From Candidatus Latescibacterota bacterium (GTDB taxonomy: Bacteria > Latescibacterota > UBA2968 > UBA8231), in the NCBI GenBank assembly GCA_965206595.1, contig OZ242214.1:6784001-6848000 (forward strand): a stretch of 64,000 nucleotides of DNA. The letters are read 5' to 3'. Position numbers and translations under genes: made by a program. A model generated the notes under the pieces. The model did not search any database and was not told where the DNA came from. It saw only the letters and a program-made list of their open reading frames with translations. Below, in pieces: positions 60,243 to 64,000 of this stretch (position 1 is its first letter; the number at the start of each line of letters is the position of its first letter).

Positions 60243-61244
60243 TTAAAGCATGAACAGCCCGGCCTCAGTACCACAAATCAATATGACATCGTTTGCTTCG
60301 GCGATCCTCTTGCAATCCTCAGTAAAAGATTCCGCGCTGGTGAACAGCACTTTGTACAGCACTTCCTGCCCTTCATCCGCCTTCCAATTGACCAACTGAG
60401 TCACCCCCCGGACATCGTCATAGTCTGTGCCTGTTTTTTGCTTGACCTGCACAATGAGCAAAGGGGTGCATTCCAACAAACCCTCGTCAAACCCGGGCAT
60501 GGGCAGAGAAAACACATGATCTGCATCTCCACCGTTTCGCGTGCTCCTGCTTCTGAGTAGCTCATATCCTTTTCGTTCAAAGGCTTCTCCTACAGCGGCC
60601 TCGAATTGGTCATGCCCCCACTCGTCGTTGACATATTTTATCAAGGATTCTGCAGCCTGCTTCCTGCTTTCATTGTATCGATGTTTCCTGATTGTACTAG
60701 GAGCTTGGGGAGTATCCGCATTCTCTTCATTCAGTAACCGTTTCGCAGCACAAAGCACTCTTCCAGTATTATAGTCTTGAACTTGAGTAACTGGTGATCG
60801 GAAATACGCGCTCTTGAACAACTCATAGATCGTCTGGGAGTCTTGGTTGTACCAATTGGCCACCACACGTAAGTTCTTCACAGGAATGATATGCCCAAAA
60901 TCATTCTGACCTGAAGCCACTTCAAATCGGTAGCTTTCGCTCTCTTCTACTTCGGCAATTGTGAAATACCCGTATTTTGGAGCCTTGGGGATAAAGATCA
61001 GATCGCCCTTTTTCATATCCAGCATACGGCGCAGTGTCGCATGCCGCCGAGGGCTAGGAGGTCCGCCCCACGCACTCTCGTAGGCTTGCGTCCATTCTTG
61101 CCTATCCCGCTCGCTGCCATCGGCATTCAAAAGAGAGGTGCCTGGAGGAGACCAGCCTTGGCGCAGGCGTCCTTGCTGCAATTCGTTCTGAATAAAATCA
61201 TCATCGGAAGCTATGCGGAAGACAAAGCAGCGTTGTTCTGGCAT
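60243..61244 (-). CDS. Mrr-type restriction endonuclease with N-terminal PUA/EVE-like domain
   Basis: LRQGW...MKKGDLIFIP N-domain; FEAAVGEAFERKGY...GGDAD...IVQVK catalytic domain; AGAAGGAG RBS before ATG 61244. Confidence 0.8.
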   Translation of the reverse strand: MPEQRCFVFRIASDDDFIQNELQQGRLRQGWSPPGTSLLNADGSERDRQEWTQAYESAWGGPPSPRRHATLRRMLDMKKGDLIFIPKAPKYGYFTIAEVEESESYRFEVASGQNDFGHIIPVKNLRVVANWYNQDSQTIYELFKSAYFRSPVTQVQDYNTGRVLCAAKRLLNEENADTPQAPSTIRKHRYNESRKQAAESLIKYVNDEWGHDQFEAAVGEAFERKGYELLRSRSTRNGGDADHVFSLPMPGFDEGLLECTPLLIVQVKQKTGTDYDDVRGVTQLVNWKADEGQEVLYKVLFTSAESFTEDCKRIAEANDVILICGTEAGLFML

Positions 61245-61386
61245 TAATGATTCTCCTTCTAATGGTCGTTGGATGGACACCTCGGTCCTGTATCTCCACC
61301 CTGCAGCGTCCAAGACGCTATGCTATGTTAGCTTAGCTCTAACAATTAATTCAGGTAATCAACCTCGCCAGACAGGGATTGTCAAT

Positions 61387-61428
61387 GTAGTCATCCAACG
61401 GTACGAAGTAGTCATCCAACGGTACGAA
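61387..61428 (+). repeat. 21-bp tandem duplication
   Basis: GTAGTCATCCAACGGTACGAA x2. Confidence 0.95.
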
Positions 61429-61967
61429 AACATCGATGATGGTGCCCTAGCTCCCCGGACCCAGTTCACCGCCCTCAACCAGTGGACCTTTGGGACCGGC
61501 GGACCTTCGCAACCTCCCGTCCGAGCAATGCGACGGCTATAACTGCAATCCCAAAACAGTCATAGTTCTTAGTATTGCATTCGGTTCTCCCCTCGGGCCG
61601 TAGAAACGTTCCCGCGATTTCTGAGGACCTTCCGAATGTATTGCCGGGGGATTGAAGACCCCACACCTCCTAGTCGGCTCCAAAGCGGCGGTCCCGGCCG
61701 ATGTTTCGAGCCGTCGTACACCCGGGGATTTGCTTATCAGTTTTCAGGCAGGGAGGTTCTTCTTCGGATAATCAATAGCTTTTTAAGCTTCTTACCTTCT
61801 TTCTCGGCACAACGTATGTCTATCAGCCTGATATGCCCTTTTGTTCCAGTTAACAATAATCGATGAGCCTGTGAACATCAAGTTTCCTGTTTTTTCCTCA
61901 CCTCGCGGGAGCATAGTTTGGGACTTTCGGGAAGGACGGAGGTCGGGTTCTCCCCAGAGGCAAGAAC

Positions 61968-62241
61968 ATGAGGAAAAAACTGGTCACCATCCAGGGCATC
62001 GCCCGGCGGCTTGGCATCTCCCATATGACCGTGTCCCGGGCCCTGTCTCTAGATCCCAAGGTCTCGACCTTAGTGACCGAGACAACCCGGAAAACGGGTG
62101 GAAGAAATGGGCTACACGCCAACCTCTTGGCCAAGACATTTGTGACGGGCAAAACGGATACGTTCGGCCTGCTGACTTACAAGATCTTCCGCGAGATGTT
62201 CAGTCGTCAGACCGATCAGATTCTGAGGGTGGCGGACTGTA
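61968..62241 (+). pseudogene. LacI-family regulator, truncated by IS91 remnant 3
   Basis: VTIQGIARRLGISHMTVSRAL HTH; possible operator TTGTT-N6-AACAA at 61841-61856. Confidence 0.8.
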
Positions 62242-62769
62242 CGCTACCACGGGGTCCTGGCGCCCCGGGCCCGCGACCGCATCGTGCCGGCCAAACCGGT
62301 TGCCGATCCGGCGGCGCCGGACGGCGATGCGAGCGCTGCGGCCTGAGGCTGCGGTGGGCGAGCCTGCTGGCGCGGGTGTTTCTGCCGACCTCAGCGAATG
62401 CGCGGCCTGTGGCCGCAGCCTGAGAATCATCGCCGCTTTGATCGACCTGCCTGCGCAGGGTACTGCCCACCTGCGCCGCAACGCGCGGGCCGGCGCTGCA
62501 GGCAGGTCCGGGTTCGGTCCGATGCTATTTGACGGGGTCGGTTTGCCGGACCGGCCCCCGGCCTTGACCCCTGCCAAGGCCCCGCCGCCGCCTTTCGAGT
62601 TCGCAGCCTGACCTGCCTTCTCGACCCGTCGCCGGGCGTACGGCGGGGTGTTCCCTCAACGGCCCCTCAGGCCCCGTATTGATCCGGATACGGGCCGACA
62701 GGCAACCAGACTGTACTGCGAGCTCGGTCGAAGGACTGGCAAATGATCCTCCTGGAGCTGCCGAACCCT
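62242..62769 (+). mobile_element. IS91-family remnant 3
   Basis: CGCTACCACGGGGTCCTGGCGCCCCGGGCCCGCGACCGCATCG and the downstream ori-side sequence match remnant 1. Confidence 0.88.
62446..62506. mobile_element. 61-bp palindromic insertion with CCTGCCTGC/GCAGGCAGG ends
   Basis: Absent from remnant 1; sits in GA^TC without target duplication. Confidence 0.6.
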
Positions 62770-62895
62770 GGGAAGCGAAGACAGGCGGCGGCAACGTCTC
62801 CGGCTGGCTGGGAAAACGCGGGGCCGCCTATATTCCCTCGCCGTTTTCACGGATCGCATTCAACGTCCACAGGAAAGCAGAAAGGGGCGCGTACA

Positions 62896-63690
62896 ATGGC
62901 CGCAGACAGGACGCGAGTAGGCCTGATCGGCTACGGCCAGATCGGCAATGCCGTTCACCGGATGATCGATGCTTCCGACCAGGGGATGGAAGTCGTCTTC
63001 GTGCACGACCAGGACACCGGCAGGCTCGCCGGGCTTCCCGACGGCCTGGCGCTGGAGGATCTCGGCGACTTCGCCGGCCGTCAGGCCGATCTCGTCGTCG
63101 AGATGGCACACCCGGAGGTGACCCGCCGCTGGGCCGAGGCGATCCTCCAGGAAACGAACTACATGCTGATCTCGGTCACCGCGCTGGCTGACGAGGAGGT
63201 CGAGAGGAAGCTCGCCGAAACCAGCGTCGCCAACGGCACGCGGGTATTCATTCCCCACGGAGGGGTGGTCGGCATGGACGCGCTGCTGGAAAACCGCGAC
63301 GTCTGGGAGTCGGTCGACGTCGTCATGAAGAAGCCGCCCCACAACGTCGACTGCGCCAACGCCGGCGTCGACCCGGACAGCATCACCGAGGAGACCTGCC
63401 TCTACGACGGGCCCACGCGCGGCATCTGCCCGCTGTTCCCGCGCAACGTCAACACCCACGCCTCCATCGCCTACGCCGGCATCGGCTTCGACCGCACCCA
63501 CTCGGTCATGCTGGTCAACCCGGAGTGGAACACCGCCACCGTCGCCATCCAGGCCCGAGGCCCGGCGCTGGAGCTCAACGTCGAGCGCGTCGAAAGCATC
63601 TCCGGGGTCACCGGGGCGAGCACCCCCGCCTCGATCTACAACACCGTGCAGATGATCGGCTCGACCGGTCCCGGCATACACCTGCGTTGA
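62896..63690 (+). CDS. nadX: L-aspartate dehydrogenase family protein
   Basis: GLIGYGQIG, LVVEMA, SVTALAD, KKPP, FPRNVN. Confidence 0.75.
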   Translation: MAADRTRVGLIGYGQIGNAVHRMIDASDQGMEVVFVHDQDTGRLAGLPDGLALEDLGDFAGRQADLVVEMAHPEVTRRWAEAILQETNYMLISVTALADEEVERKLAETSVANGTRVFIPHGGVVGMDALLENRDVWESVDVVMKKPPHNVDCANAGVDPDSITEETCLYDGPTRGICPLFPRNVNTHASIAYAGIGFDRTHSVMLVNPEWNTATVAIQARGPALELNVERVESISGVTGASTPASIYNTVQMIGSTGPGIHLR

Positions 63691-63694
63691 AGGC

Positions 63695-64000
63695 ATGAAG
63701 CCATTCGCCCGGATCCCCTCGGAGCTGCCGCGGTCCGGGATCCGGGAAATCATGGACCTCGCCTGGGCGACGGAGGGGGTGATCCACCTCGAGGTCGGCC
63801 AGCCTGACTTCGACACCCCGGACCACATCGTCGAAGCGGCCTGCCGCGGCGCCCGCCAGGGGCACACCCGCTACGTGCCGAACGCCGGTATCGACGACCT
63901 GCGCGCGGCCGCGGCCCGCTACATCGAACGCGGCACGGGCGTCGCCACGGCGCCGGAACAGATCCTTGTCACCCAGGGGGCCGTGCTCAGCGCCGCGAGC
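63695..64000 (+). CDS. Class I/II PLP-dependent aminotransferase (partial)
   Basis: MKPFARIPSELPRSGIREIMDLA...IHLEVGQPDFDTP...TRYVPNAGIDDLR...ILVTQG. Confidence 0.9.
   Translation, partial: MKPFARIPSELPRSGIREIMDLAWATEGVIHLEVGQPDFDTPDHIVEAACRGARQGHTRYVPNAGIDDLRAAAARYIERGTGVATAPEQILVTQGAVLSAAS

Noticed and set aside
61841-62611. 256-aa ORF ending in FEFAA
   Set aside because: Chimeric read-through of intergenic DNA, off-frame lacI and IS91 remnant 3.
1-64000. CRISPR array, tRNA or rRNA genes
   Set aside because: I saw no regularly spaced repeats or recognisable tRNA/rRNA sequence by eye, despite cas3 at the edge; no covariance search was run.

Overview
GC-rich bacterial chromosome segment. 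PorV-like, several PhyH, NiSOD and thiocyanate-hydrolase-like genes suggest an FCB-group or marine/sponge-associated organism, but that is inference only. The left edge (1-180, minus) is the N-terminus of a Cas3 HD nuclease that the ORF track missed; no CRISPR array is in the window. 0.2-11.6 kb: catabolic genes plus two small accessory islets (an AbrB/PIN toxin-antitoxin pair inside a 125-bp direct repeat; a PD-(D/E)XK nuclease with hicBA), with both toxins frameshifted. 11.9-43.4 kb: housekeeping core (nadK, ppiD-like, oppDF, lipoate ligase, rnc, fab cluster without plsX, rpmF, ndk, HD hydrolase, rlmI, uvrC, xerD-like, ecfT, truA, htrA, psd, pssA, tatA, gatA, pcm, sodN, radC, lnt). 43.6-51 kb: a Co-type nitrile/thiocyanate-hydrolase-like three-gene operon, several decayed catabolic genes and tatC. 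51-62.8 kb: a mosaic island with three same-orientation IS91-family 3'/ori remnants. It carries intact lower-GC genes for a UDG-superfamily-like protein, a GmrSD-type (DUF262/HNH) protein, an Mrr-type nuclease, two orphan lipoproteins and a 37-aa hydrophobic peptide, plus a broken phage tail-terminator-like gene. This island is the best candidate for an undescribed system, possibly defence against modified DNA. The window ends with nadX and a partial aminotransferase.
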